This document shows positions 1 through 11,303 of a stretch of DNA of 64,000 bases, piece by piece. Within the stretch, counting starts at the first letter, position 1; each line of letters starts with the position of its first letter. The position numbers and the translations under genes were made by a program. The stretch is from an uncultured bacterium. GTDB lineage: Bacteria; Acidobacteriota; HRBIN11; JAKEFK01. The stretch is from positions 448,001-512,000 of the forward strand of contig CAVZQN010000004.1 of the NCBI GenBank assembly GCA_963777505.1. The letters run 5' to 3'. Under the pieces are notes generated by a model. That model had not been told where the DNA came from. It worked only from the letters and a program-made list of their open reading frames with translations, and did no database searches.

Positions 1-17
1 AGTCCGCGGTCCCTTAT

Positions 18-40
18 GCAGGCCGGAGGCCTGCGGTCCC
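18..40. repeat. REP-like GC-rich palindrome (GCAGGCCGGAGGCCTGCGGTCCC), with a partial second copy at 1-13
   Basis: GCAGGCC/GGCCTGC inverted repeat; the GCGGTCCC tail also occurs at 6-13. Confidence 0.5.
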
Positions 41-63
41 TTTAGGTTGAAGGAGAAATTACC

Positions 64-1251
64 ATGGATGATTTTGCACTTGTACTCAATGCCGGTTCAT
101 CAAGTTTAAAATTCTGTGTATTCCAACGGCCAGCAGGAAAAAGTTGGCGGCTTGAAGCACGAGGTCAAATCGAAGGCATCGGCACTTCACCACAACTGTC
201 AGTTAAAGACGGCGCGGGGACAAAGATTGCTGAAGAAAAGCTGGATCCAAGTGTAAATGATGGACGTAAGGCACTTGATGCTCTGGCTGCATGGCTTCGC
301 TCTATATATGGAGGGGCTCGGGTATTGGGTGTCGGTCATCGAGTCGTTCATGGTGGAGCCGATTTCACGAAGCCAACCGTAGTAACTCCACAGATTCTGG
401 AAGATTTGCGCAAACTAATTCCACTCGCGCCGCTTCATCAACCTTACAATCTGGCTGCAATTGAAGCGGTTTTTGAACGGCTCCCGGATGTTCCGCAAGT
501 TGCTTGTTTCGATACAAGCTTTCATCGCGGCCATTCGGCAGTTGCGGAAGTAGTTCCTCTGCCACGCGAACTCTGTAAAGATGGATTGCTGCGTTACGGT
601 TTTCACGGATTATCGTACGAATACATCGCTTCGGTATTACCGGAAATTGCTCCTGAAATTGCAAACGCACGCGTTATCGTTGCCCATCTTGGAAGTGGCG
701 CCAGTTTGTGCGCGTTGAAAGAAGGAAAAAGTATCGAAAATACTCTTGGCTTTACAGCACTGGATGGACTTTGCATGGGCACGCGACCTGGCGCGCTCGA
801 TCCTGGTGTGGTTCTTTATCTTTTCCAGGGTCTGGGACTCTCCGCAAAAGAAGTAGAAACCATATTGTACAAAAAATCAGGCTTACTCGGAATCTCAGGC
901 ATCAGCAACGATATGCGCGACCTGCTTGGAAAGAAAGAGCCGGAAGCACGACTCGCTGTGGATTATTTTATCTACCGCATCGCGAAGGAAATCGGTGCAC
1001 TTGCCGCAGTACTAGGTGGTATCGATGCACTCGTATTTACAGCGGGTATTGGCGAGAACTCAGCCGAAATCCGGCAGCGAATTTGTGAGTCTTCGGCATG
1101 GCTCGGTGTGGAACTCGATCACAATGCGAACTCCAGCAAGAGTCAACGAATTTCTCGCAGCGGAAGCAAAGTGTCAGCATGGGTAATTCCGACGAATGAA
1201 GAATTAATGATCGCACGGCACACAGGTTCGCTTCTCGGTTTAAGAAATTAA
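64..1251 (+). CDS. ackA: Acetate/propionate kinase
   Basis: LNAGSSSLK, GHRVVHGG, APLHQP, FDTSFH, RYGFHGLSY, HLGSGAS, FTAGIGENS and IPTNEE motifs; AAGGAG RBS. Confidence 0.97.
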   Translation: MDDFALVLNAGSSSLKFCVFQRPAGKSWRLEARGQIEGIGTSPQLSVKDGAGTKIAEEKLDPSVNDGRKALDALAAWLRSIYGGARVLGVGHRVVHGGADFTKPTVVTPQILEDLRKLIPLAPLHQPYNLAAIEAVFERLPDVPQVACFDTSFHRGHSAVAEVVPLPRELCKDGLLRYGFHGLSYEYIASVLPEIAPEIANARVIVAHLGSGASLCALKEGKSIENTLGFTALDGLCMGTRPGALDPGVVLYLFQGLGLSAKEVETILYKKSGLLGISGISNDMRDLLGKKEPEARLAVDYFIYRIAKEIGALAAVLGGIDALVFTAGIGENSAEIRQRICESSAWLGVELDHNANSSKSQRISRSGSKVSAWVIPTNEELMIARHTGSLLGLRN

Positions 1252-1270
1252 AAGTGGTGATATGAGGGAT

Positions 1271-1306
1271 CTAACCGGTAAAATGCGATTACCGGTTAGG
1301 TTTTTT
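1271..1306 (+). terminator. Intrinsic terminator / REP-like hairpin after ackA
   Basis: CTAACCGGTAA-7nt-TTACCGGTTAG followed by GTTTTTT. Confidence 0.75.
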
Positions 1307-1383
1307 AAGCTTTCGCAAAAGATGGTTTTGCGCCCGGATTGGGCATTAACAAACAAATAATCTAGATGGACAAGGAGTCTAGT

Positions 1384-1956
1384 ATGAAAATAAGAATGGA
1401 AACAATTCTTCGACTCATGTTGCTGGGTGTCATGGTTCTGATGTTGACATCCCAGAATTCAACGATTGTATTTGCGGATAGCGCAGCAGAAATAGCGCAG
1501 GAATCTAAATCAGCTTTAGATACACTTTATGCAAGCAATCCGGAAATAAAGAAGCTAGGGCAGAAGGCAAAAGCCGTTCTTGTCTTCCCCGAGGTTAAGA
1601 AGGCCGGACTTGTTGTAGGTGGTCAAGGCGGTGAGGGAGCGTTGTTGCAAAACGGCAAGGCTGTTGGCTATTTTAAGACGGCAGCGGCCTCCTTTGGCCT
1701 GCAAGCCGGCGTTCAGGAATTTTCACTCGCGATGTTTTTCATGGATGATGCTTCACTTAAATATCTGCGAGAAAGCGATGGCTGGGAAATCGGTAGCGGC
1801 CCCAGCGTTGTCGTTGCGGACGAAGGCTTTGGAAAGACAATGACGAGTTCAACCATAAAAGACGGAATCTATGCGTTCATTTATGGTCAAAAAGGGCTTA
1901 TGGCAGGTATCGGAATACAAGGCTCAAAAATTTCCAAGATTACTCCGGACAAATAG
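1384..1956 (+). CDS. Exported YSC84/SYLF lipid-binding domain protein
   Basis: Signal peptide; AKAVLVFPEVKKAGLVVGGQGGEG, SFGLQAG and GQKGLMAGIGIQGSKI motifs; AAGGAG RBS before ATG 1384 (ORF track starts at 1366). Confidence 0.85.
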   Translation: MKIRMETILRLMLLGVMVLMLTSQNSTIVFADSAAEIAQESKSALDTLYASNPEIKKLGQKAKAVLVFPEVKKAGLVVGGQGGEGALLQNGKAVGYFKTAAASFGLQAGVQEFSLAMFFMDDASLKYLRESDGWEIGSGPSVVVADEGFGKTMTSSTIKDGIYAFIYGQKGLMAGIGIQGSKISKITPDK

Positions 1957-2195
1957 ATCAGTTCGTCTGACTAAAAACTGTCAGCACAGTTGAAATAATT
2001 GTTCCGTTAGCGATTTTCTTCTTAATCTCTCCGCAATTATACTGGGTAACAGCCAGTATTTTTGCGGATTGTGTGCCCGTACTGTAGCTATAGCTTTGAA
2101 TTAGTGTCGGCGGCTTAGACTCCGGCTGAATGAACATCTTCAAAAAAAATAGTCATGTCCACATTCCTCTTCCAATTTCCAGTAAGGAGTCAACG

Positions 2196-2324
2196 ATGAA
2201 AAGGATTTGCAGAGCGTTCATTTTGATCATACCGACTTTGCTTCTTGTAAGTTTGCTTTTTCCAAATTTTGGTTTTGCTTCTGAAGGTTATCCAATCTTG
2301 ATTTCTACTTCGTTCATATTCTAA
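2196..2324 (+). pseudogene. 42-aa ORF consisting almost only of a signal peptide (gene remnant or small protein)
   Basis: AAGGAG RBS, then MKRICRAFILIIPTLLLVSLLFPNFGFA and an early stop. Confidence 0.4.
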
Positions 2325-2476
2325 TGAATTAGAATTAATAGCGGGCAAATTCTAAAGTGAAGAGTTTGTCATTCTTCACTCACGGTTCTTTCCAGCTGCT
2401 GACATCTTTCAATTAGGAGGTATTGAGCGGCACATGGAAGTTTCCAGAAGTTACAGTAGCTGAGTAGTAATCATTC

Positions 2477-5400
2477 TTAGTTGTTTCCAATCAAAACAAA
2501 CGAGGCCCAGTAGTAAGGATGACTGTACTTGGAGCTTCGAATCATTTGCAGCCGGGCTTCCTTGAGTGCATCTGCTTTATTTAGCTTCCGCTTTTCCATG
2601 TTTTCGTAAAACGTTTTCATGAAATCAGCGGTTGACCGGTCATAAACATTCCAAAGACTGACCAATACGCTTGGTGTTCCGGCACATAAAAATGCGCGCG
2701 ACAAGCCGCTAACGCCTTCACCACGGATGCGTTTACCGAGACCGGTTTTGCAAGCGGATAAAACGACAAGGTCTGCGTTTAACTTTAGATCAAAAACTTC
2801 TCGCACCGTAAGATAACCGTCTTCTTCATCATCATGTCGCAAAATCAGAGAAGAAAATTGCGGCATTTCTTCATCAATCAAGCCATGACTCGCAAAGTGA
2901 ACGTATTTATAATTCTGCAAATCCAATTGTTTCAGTTTTTTTTCACTCGCTTGCGATCCTATATAGACCGAAGTTTTATCGGCAGAATATAACCGCGCAA
3001 TCCCTTCGACTTCAGGTCTCGAATAAGGTAGAGGCCCGAGAGTCCCCACCCATTCCCTGACAAGTGAGTTTGGTCTGTTTGAAGAATCACCAAAGGCTGG
3101 ATCTGCAAAAGCTAAGAATTGTTTTCTCTCCGTGTCCTCCGGAGAAGTCTTCCGTTCAGAAAAGAGTGAGAAAACAGAAACGGATGGCACATATTGGATC
3201 TGATACTCACGCCCAAGATAGGGAAGTCGTGCAAAATTTGGTGAGGTTGCATCTGTAGTCACAGTCAAAAGACATTCAAAAGGAAGATAATGAAGCGGAC
3301 CATCGGGCGAGATGATCACAAGCTTCTTATCCTGAATTAAAGCTTTCGCGGGCGATATTAATTTTGCATAGAGTTCCCCTGCACTTTGAACAAACTTTGT
3401 ATGCGAACGTTCCGAAATTTGGAAAGCATGATCAGGCTTTTGGATCACATCCCGAATTTGTGAAATGAGGACGGACAAATTTTCTTCGCCAGCCAGATGA
3501 TAAACATTCGCATCTTCACGAGTGACAGCAAAAAGAATTGTTGAGGATTGACCAACAAAATATTCAAGTAAGATTGTTTGATCATCCAGCAGAGCCTGAG
3601 CTTGCTTCAAGCTTGTAGGCTGAGGATATTGAGCCTCTGCAACCTGAGGATTCTGGCGCCGGATCTCAAGTAAAATAGTGGAGTATTGTTCCTCAAAATC
3701 CATTCTGTTTTTCTCAAGCTGCTGTAGTTTTGCATTTTGCGGATTTTCCTTTTGCTTTTCCTCATTGATTTGTGACTGAATTTCAACAAGCTGATTGATT
3801 ACATTTTCTTTACGCTCTTGCAAATCAGGCGGAAGAGTTCTGGATGTTTCGACTCGCATTTCAGCAAGTGTGTCAAGAAATCCACGAGCTTTTGATCTCT
3901 GAGCATATTCAAATGCTTCTGCAATCTTTTTGTCCTTCAAAGTTACATGAATCAAATCCTCGTATGCTTCAAGTCTTGCGCTCAAATAGCCTTCTTTATT
4001 CTCGGGAAGCTCAAAGTCGGAACGGATTGATTCGATAACATCCACAGCCTCCCGAAATGCTTTCGCAGCCTCTTCTGTTCTTGCAGTGTCTCTAAAAATC
4101 TGCCCTTGTATGTGAAGTGAATGCCAATGCGCGGTGCGGTTACTAGTCTTCTTTGCAATTTCAACTGCTTTTGCGGCAGATTTTAATGCTTCAGATATTT
4201 CTTTCCTCGCATATTGTACTGCGGCCATCTCATTGTAAGCGTCGGCCATAGGATTCATAAGACCATTTTGCTCACTAATCGAAAGGGAATCCTTAAGGGT
4301 TTGCATTGCGCGATCGAAATCACCGAGTTTGTAATACACTTCAGCGACATAATTCAAATTATAAGCCGCCCCATTCTTATCATCGATTTCCGTACGAATT
4401 CGTAGAGCGCGCTCATAGTATTTCAGTGCAGCAGCATAATCACCAGACTCAAATGAGTACAATCCCAATTCATTCAAAGCGTACGTAAGGTTAAACTTGT
4501 CTCCAACTTCCTCCAAAAGCTTTACTGCCTTTTGAAGATAGCTGAGAGCCGTAGCGCTATTTCCGAAGTCCATATGCAACATTGCTACGCCAACCATACC
4601 ACCGGCGAAAAGACGCTTGTTTCCGATCTCTTCAGCCAGCTGAGTTCCTTTTAGAAGAGCATCGTATGATTTTGTAAAGTCATCCAGGTCGTAATATGCA
4701 GCGCCGGTGTTCAGCAGAAGGACACATTGTTGGAGGCGATCTCCTATTTCTTCAGCCAGCTTTGTGGCCTGAGTGTTGTATTCGATCTGGAGATGGCGGT
4801 CTCCTTGAGCATCAAACACAAGACCCAGGCCACTCAATATTCGTGATTGAATTCTTTTTGACTGGATTTTTTCAGCTATACTCCAACCTTTTTCAAGAGA
4901 CGCTTTTGCTTTTAGTAATTCACCGCCACGGTAATAAATGATTCCTTCATCCTTTAGACTCATTGCGATGCCCCATTGGTCCTGAATTTCCTGTGCAATG
5001 GCCAACGAGTTGTTCACATAATCAGCAGCTTTCTTAAATTCTCCTTTGTTCACATAAGCTAATCCGATATTTCTCAGAGTATCTGCTTCACCTTTTCTGT
5101 TCCCCGCTTCGCGATGCAGCCGTAATGCGGTTTCAGAAATTGATATTGATTCATTTGTGTTTGCACGAAGTAATTCGGTATTCGCTTTCTCAGTCAGATC
5201 AAAAGCGATAGCTTCCTTGGTCCTTAAAGTTGTATGTAACTTTTCAGCACGTGTTAGCGCTTCAAATGCTTTCTGATATTGAGCGAGCAAGTTGTAGCAG
5301 ATCCCAATTTTGTATAACGCATCTGCAGCCGTTTTCGCATCTTGTTGCTCTTCAGATTGTTTCAAAACTAATTCGAAATTTGCGAGTGCCTCAGGAAAAT

Positions 5401-5551
5401 TTTCTTTCAGCAACAAATCATTCGCTTTTCCAAGGAGATCTTCCACCTCGGACGGATTGCAGATTGATGCCGTTAAGAGAAAGAAAATGAAGATAAGCGT
5501 TGAATGACTCAACATATTGTTTCGGATGTATACAGCTGAGACTCTGCCCAT
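2477..5551 (-). CDS. TPR-repeat CHAT-domain (caspase-like) protease
   Basis: Long TPR array; PDGPLHYLPF, VHFASHG (His), LVVLSACKTG (Cys) and HPYYWASF motifs; alternative start at 5515. Confidence 0.93.
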   Translation of the reverse strand: MGRVSAVYIRNNMLSHSTLIFIFFLLTASICNPSEVEDLLGKANDLLLKENFPEALANFELVLKQSEEQQDAKTAADALYKIGICYNLLAQYQKAFEALTRAEKLHTTLRTKEAIAFDLTEKANTELLRANTNESISISETALRLHREAGNRKGEADTLRNIGLAYVNKGEFKKAADYVNNSLAIAQEIQDQWGIAMSLKDEGIIYYRGGELLKAKASLEKGWSIAEKIQSKRIQSRILSGLGLVFDAQGDRHLQIEYNTQATKLAEEIGDRLQQCVLLLNTGAAYYDLDDFTKSYDALLKGTQLAEEIGNKRLFAGGMVGVAMLHMDFGNSATALSYLQKAVKLLEEVGDKFNLTYALNELGLYSFESGDYAAALKYYERALRIRTEIDDKNGAAYNLNYVAEVYYKLGDFDRAMQTLKDSLSISEQNGLMNPMADAYNEMAAVQYARKEISEALKSAAKAVEIAKKTSNRTAHWHSLHIQGQIFRDTARTEEAAKAFREAVDVIESIRSDFELPENKEGYLSARLEAYEDLIHVTLKDKKIAEAFEYAQRSKARGFLDTLAEMRVETSRTLPPDLQERKENVINQLVEIQSQINEEKQKENPQNAKLQQLEKNRMDFEEQYSTILLEIRRQNPQVAEAQYPQPTSLKQAQALLDDQTILLEYFVGQSSTILFAVTREDANVYHLAGEENLSVLISQIRDVIQKPDHAFQISERSHTKFVQSAGELYAKLISPAKALIQDKKLVIISPDGPLHYLPFECLLTVTTDATSPNFARLPYLGREYQIQYVPSVSVFSLFSERKTSPEDTERKQFLAFADPAFGDSSNRPNSLVREWVGTLGPLPYSRPEVEGIARLYSADKTSVYIGSQASEKKLKQLDLQNYKYVHFASHGLIDEEMPQFSSLILRHDDEEDGYLTVREVFDLKLNADLVVLSACKTGLGKRIRGEGVSGLSRAFLCAGTPSVLVSLWNVYDRSTADFMKTFYENMEKRKLNKADALKEARLQMIRSSKYSHPYYWASFVLIGNN

Positions 5552-5676
5552 TATATGCCTTTATTTTTTCAGAAATTCTCTTGATTCCAATGTTACCCGG
5601 ACTATTGTCGTAATTATCGAAACTAATTCAGGTAAAGATCTTTCACGACACCCCAATTCGTAAAGGAGGATTTACG

Positions 5677-6153
5677 ATGAATAAAAGCCTTCGAGTATTT
5701 TCTATGTTTCTTGCTATTTGCGTCCTGATGATAGGCTTCGCAATAGCAGACGAAGAAAAAGAAACCCCACCCGCTTCTGCGACCGATAATGAACTTGTGA
5801 AATCGATCTCCGAAAAACTTTCAGTGAAACCGGAACAAGCAGCCGGGGGCGTTGGATCAATCTTCAATTATGCGAAAGGTAAGCTAAGCCCTGAAGACTT
5901 TGGAAAAGTTTCCAGCGCGATTCCTGAAATGGATTCTCTGTTAAGTGCAGCGCCTGCAATGGATTCAACAACAGCAACGGCAATGGCGAAATTGGGATCA
6001 AGTGCTGCAGGCATTGCAAGTCTGGGTAGTTCATTTGAAAAACTTGGTTTATCACCAGACATGGTTGGGAAGTTTGTGCCTGAAATTCTGAACTATACCC
6101 AACTCAAAGGCGGCGACGCTACCAAGAATATTCTTGCAAACGTTTTAAAGTAA
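5677..6153 (+). CDS. Exported DUF2780-like protein
   Basis: Signal peptide; QAAGGVGSIF...LSPEDF...IPEMDSLL..AP and F.KLGLSPDMV.KFVP patterns. Confidence 0.8.
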   Translation: MNKSLRVFSMFLAICVLMIGFAIADEEKETPPASATDNELVKSISEKLSVKPEQAAGGVGSIFNYAKGKLSPEDFGKVSSAIPEMDSLLSAAPAMDSTTATAMAKLGSSAAGIASLGSSFEKLGLSPDMVGKFVPEILNYTQLKGGDATKNILANVLK

Positions 6154-6324
6154 GCAGACTTTCAATAGTTCATTTATTTTCCTCGATTAGAAGGCTTGCT
6201 CTGACGGAAGTGTCAGTGCGATGCCCGACACACCTTTAGTGTCTCCAATAGTTAAGTCCCGCATTAATGGTTAGACTTTTAGGCCTTCCAAAGACAAAAA
6301 TAGTTATACTTACTCCTTTATATT

Positions 6325-8708
6325 ATGTTGAGCGGCGATACAGTTTCGAATTACAAGATTATCAGGGAAATCGGTGGCGGAGGAATGGGCGTCGTTTATG
6401 AAGCTGAAGACCTGACTCTTCGCCGTAACGTCGCATTGAAGTTTCTTCCCGATCATCTAGCGCAGAACGCAGATGCATTGAAACGTTTTCAGGTAGAAGC
6501 GCGTTCCGCATCGGCTCTCAATCATCCAAACATTTGCATCATTCATGAGTTTGGCGAATACGAAGGTCGTCCATTCATTGTGATGGAATTCATTAAGGGT
6601 GGGACGCTGAAGCAGATGATTGATGGAAAGCCGATGGAAATAGATCGCGCAGTAGATTTGGCAATTCAAATTGCCGATGCATTGGATGCTAGCGCACAAA
6701 GAAGGGATCATTCATCGTGACATCAAACCTGCCAACATTTTTGTAACAGATCGCGGAGTTGCAAAACTTTTAGACTTTGGTCTGGCAAAGCAAGTTGGAC
6801 TTGAAATTGCCCCCGGTGATCAACCTACTGGGACACTCTCAGAGTCACTGACTGGTGTAGGTTCAATTATGGGGACATTTGCCTATATGTCACCTGAACA
6901 AGCAAAAGGACAGGCACTTGATGCTCGCACTGATTTATTTTCCTTCGGTGTTGTTTTGTATGAGATGGTCAGCGGTGCACAAGCCTTTCCAGGCCGAACA
7001 ACTGGTGAGATGTTGGAGGCACTCTTTATGCGTGAACCACCCTCACTGGAAAATCTGAATACGAGTGTGCCTGTAAACTTGCAGAAAATTATTGCAAAGA
7101 CATTACAGAAGGATCGGAACTTCCGGTATCAAAGTGCAGCAGATTTGCTGAATGACCTTCAAGGCTTGAAGAACAATTCTTCAGTGCTAACTAATGACAA
7201 TGCTGCAATCTCATTCAAAAAAGAAATGCCCCAACGCAAGAGTCTATATTTGGTAATTGGAATTGCTTCTCTGATTCTTGCCGTCGTTGCAGGGCTTTGG
7301 CTGAATTATAGAAAACCAAAGATCGAGTCCGTAGCGGCCGTGCAGGCTGGTTCTCCGTCCATTGCTGTTCTTCCTTTTGTTAATATGAGTACCGATAAAG
7401 ACCAGGATTTTTTTTCTGACGGTCTTACCGAAGAGTTACTCAACGATCTTGCAAAAATTCCGGGACTTCATGTGACAGGGCGAACTTCTTCATTTCAGTT
7501 CAAAGGACAAAAAGAAGACCTTCGCGTGATTGCAAAAAAATTGAATGTCGCCAACATCCTTGAAGGGAGCGTACGGAAAGATGGAAAACGTGTTAGGGTG
7601 ACGGCACAACTTGTCAGCGCAGAAGATGGTTTTCATAAGTGGTCAGAGACGTATGACAGAGAATTGAACGACATCTTTGCTGTACAAGAAGAGATCTCCC
7701 GCAATGTAGCCGAAGCTCTCAAAGTGAAACTTCTCGATCAAAAAGTATCTTTGACACAGAAGAAAAATGGCGATGCATACAGTGCGTATCTTCAAGGACA
7801 ATACTTTAACGACCGGTTAACGACCGAAGATTTGCAAAAGGCGATTACGTATTATCAGAAAGCAATCGAGATTGATCCTAACTACGCTCCGGCTTGGACC
7901 GGGCTGGCCAGGATTTATCGAATCCAGGCAAATCGGGGAGATTTGGAGAATGACGAAGGCTATCGTAAAGCTCGCGAGGCTGTAGAGAAAGCATTCGCAC
8001 TTGATGAAAATCTTGCAACAGCGCATTCCGAAATGGGATGGATCAAGAGAAGTTATGATTGGGATTGGAGTGGTGCTGAAGCGTCTTTCCAGCGCGCTCT
8101 CAAGCTTGAGCCAGGGAATGCAACAATCGTACGCGGGGCAGCTGTACTTCCCGGAACACTCGGACGTTTTGAGGAAGCAATTGAGTTAGATCAAAAGGCA
8201 TTAGAGCTCGACCCACTGAACCCGATCATTTATAACAATCTCGGTCTTCATACTTATCGCTCTGAACAATACGACGAATCAAGTAAGGCATTCAAAAAAG
8301 CGTTGGAGCTAAACCCTGAGTATCCTGAAGTCCATGTATATCTTGGGCGAGTTTATTTAATCCAATCACGAAACGATGAAGCTCAAGCCGAAATTGCAAA
8401 AGAAAGAAATCCGCTTTGGCGGACTTATGGGTTTGCTTTGGCATATCATGCATCAGAAAAGAAAAACGAGGCAGACGCAGCCCTCAAAGAGCTTACCGAA
8501 AAATATCAAAGCCGTGCAGCTTTTCAGATTGCCGAAGTACATGCCTTTCGCGGCGAAACAGATCAGGCATTTCAGTGGCTTGAACGTGCCTTATTCCCAG
8601 CGGGAAAGTGATGTGACCTATGTAAAAGGGGATCCATTGCTGAAAAACATAGAGAATGATCCACGCTACTCATCCTTCCTTGTAAAAATGCGCTTGCCTG
8701 TCGACTAA
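6325..8708 (+). CDS. Hanks Ser/Thr kinase + TM + TolB-like domain + TPR (copy 1); two apparent +1 frameshifts at ~6691 and ~8591
   Basis: GGGGMG, VALK, HRDIKPAN, DFG, YMSPEQ and SIAVLPF motifs across three ORF pieces; colinear with copy 2. Confidence 0.9.
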
Positions 8709-8761
8709 TTGCAAGCCGTGATCCGTCTTATTAAACTTCATCCTGAGGTTATAGCTCTGTT

Positions 8762-11172
8762 GTGATTGGCGAAACAATTTCTAACTACCGAATTATTAAG
8801 GAACTTGGCGGCGGCGGAATGGGAGTTTTGTATGAAGCGGAGGACGTTATACTTCGCCGCCATGTAGCGTTGAAATTTCTACCCGATCATTTGGCAAACA
8901 ACATTGACGCTTTGAATCGTTTTCAGCGTGAAGCACGCTCTGCATCGGCTCTCAATCATCCAAACATCTGCGTCATTCATAAGATCAGCGATTATGAAGG
9001 GCGTCCATTCATCGTAATGGAAATGATGAAAGGGAATCCGTTAAAGGACTTGATTGATGGAAAGCCGATGCCGACCGATCGTGTGTTGGATTTGGGAATC
9101 CAGATTGCAGATGCACTGGATGCCGCCCATAAAGAAGGGATTATTCATCGTGACATCAAACCTGCCAACATTTTTGTAACAGAGCGAGGAATTGCAAAAC
9201 TTCTTGATTTTGGACTGGCCAAGCAAACTGGAATACAGGTTGTTGCCGATCAAGATCGCCCCACTCAAGGCGTTGAAGATGCTTACACCGGAATCGGAAC
9301 GATCATGGGTACGATTGCATACATGTCGCCTGAACAGGCAAGAGGCGAGGAACTCGATGCCCGCACTGATATCTTCTCATTCGCTATTGTGTTGTATGAA
9401 ATGCTTAGCGGTATACAACCGTTTCCAGGTAAGACTATGGGGGAAATGCTTGAAACGCTATTTACGCGTGAACCGCCCTCGTTATCAAGCCTGAATCTTA
9501 GTTTGCCACCAAAATTACAGGAAATTCTTACTAAAGCGTTAGAGAAGGACCGCAACGTCCGCTACCAAAACATTGGAGATATGCTGAATGATTTGCGGAG
9601 CTTAAAAAGCGACACCGCAATCATGAAAAAAGGGGAGCGGACTTCCGGATTACGTACAGCCGAACACGGTCAATCTATACTGGATGTCCAGAAACCTCGC
9701 AGCAGAAGTTTGTATTTCGTAGTAGGAATTCTTTTGTGTTCCTTGCTGTCATCGTAGGACTATGGCTGAACTACAAAAAGAAGCCAGAGATTGAACCTGT
9801 ATCAGCCGTGCAATCTGGTTCTCCTTCCATCGCTGTTCTTCCTTTTGTGAACATGAGTACCGATAAGGATCAGGAATTCTTTTCCGATGGACTTACTGAA
9901 GAGCTAATCGATGATCTTGCAAAAGTTCCGGGACTTCGCGTAACAGGAAGAACTTCTTCATTTCAGTTTAAAGGAAAAAAAGAAGATCTTCGGGTGATTG
10001 CAAAAAAATTGAATGTAGCAAATCTGCTGGAAGGAAGTGTTCGAAAAGAAGGATCCCGTGTGAGAATCACTGCACAGCTTATCAGTGCAGCAGATGGCTT
10101 TCATAAATGGTCAGAAACGTATGACAGAGAATTGAACGATATTTTTGCCGTTCAAGATGAAATCTCTCGAAATGTAGCCGAAGCGCTCAAAGTCAAACTC
10201 CTCGATCAAAAAGTGTTAACACAAGGTAAAAGTGGTGATGCATATAATGCTTTTTTGCAAGGACGATACTTCAATGACAGGTTTACAGCAGAAAATCTTC
10301 AGAAGGCAATCACGTACTATCAAAAAGCAATTGAGATAGATCCGAATTATGCGCCTGCCTGGACCGGTCTTGCAAGAGTGCACCGTATTCAAGCAAATCG
10401 CGGCGAGATTCCGTATGACGAAGGATACAGAAACGCCCGGGAGGAAGTCGAGAAAGCACTAATGCTGGATGAAACTCTTGCGGTATCTCATGCCGAAAAG
10501 GGATGGATCAAAAGAAGTTATGACTGGGATTGGGATGGAGCAGAAGTTTCTTTCCAACGCGCACTCAAGCTTGAACCAGGAAACGCAACCATCGTTCGGG
10601 GTGCTGCGGTAGTCCCCAGCACGCTCGGACGTTTCGATGATGCGATTGAGATGAGCCACCGTGCATTAGAGTTGGATCCGCTAAGCCCACTTATTTATAA
10701 CAACCTTGGACTTCAAACCTATTACGCCGGACGATATGAAGAATCGATTTCGGCATTCAAAAAAGCGTTAGAGCTCAATCCTGAGCTTTCAGAAATCCAT
10801 GTGTACCTTTGCCGCGTTTACTTGTTGCAGTCTCGCTTTGCAGACGCATTTGATGAAATAGCGAAGGAAAAAGATTCACTCTGGCAATCGTATGGTTATG
10901 CTCTGGCACATCATGCAAGCGGAAAGAAAAACGAAGCAGATGCAGCACTCAAAGAGCTGACTGAAAAATATCAGAGCAGGTCAGCGTTCCAGATTGCTCA
11001 GGTGCATGCATTTCGCGGCGAAAACGATCAGGCGTTTCAGTGGCTTGAGCGCGCCTATTCCCAGCGCGAAAGTGATGTAACCTACGTAAAAGGCGATCCA
11101 CTGCTGAAGAACATAAAGAACGACCCACGCTACAAATCGTTCCTTACCAAAATGCGCCTGCCCGTTGACTGA
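8762..11172 (+). CDS. Hanks Ser/Thr kinase + TM + TolB-like domain + TPR (copy 2); apparent 1-nt deletion at ~9730
   Basis: Same motifs as copy 1; ORFs 8762-9757 and 9736-11172 join within the TM segment. Confidence 0.9.
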
Positions 11173-11174
11173 TT

Positions 11175-11203
11175 CTAACCGATAAAGTGATTTTACCGGT
11201 TAG
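11175..11203. repeat. Second copy of the CTAACCG..CGGTTAG hairpin (REP-like / terminator)
   Basis: 24/29 match to the reverse complement of 1271-1299; lies 2 nt after a stop codon. Confidence 0.6.
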
Positions 11204-11303
11204 ATGCTCTCATCATCAATATAGCCGGTATTGCTGACAATATCCTTGTGTTATTGTTAATTCTGAGTTTGATTGGAATCTGCACCAACTTCCGGACAAA
11301 ACG

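Noticed and set aside
2477-5551. CHAT as part of a type III-E CRISPR or gasdermin defence system
   Set aside because: No Cas7-11, array or gasdermin-like ORF in the window
6268-6288. TTAGACTTTTAGGCC as a fourth copy of the 17-bp motif
   Set aside because: Only one half matches and the spacing differs
6325-11172. Kinase genes as true pseudogenes or programmed frameshifts
   Set aside because: No slippery sequences or other decay; each paralog is intact where the other is shifted; the same indel pattern occurs in unrelated genes
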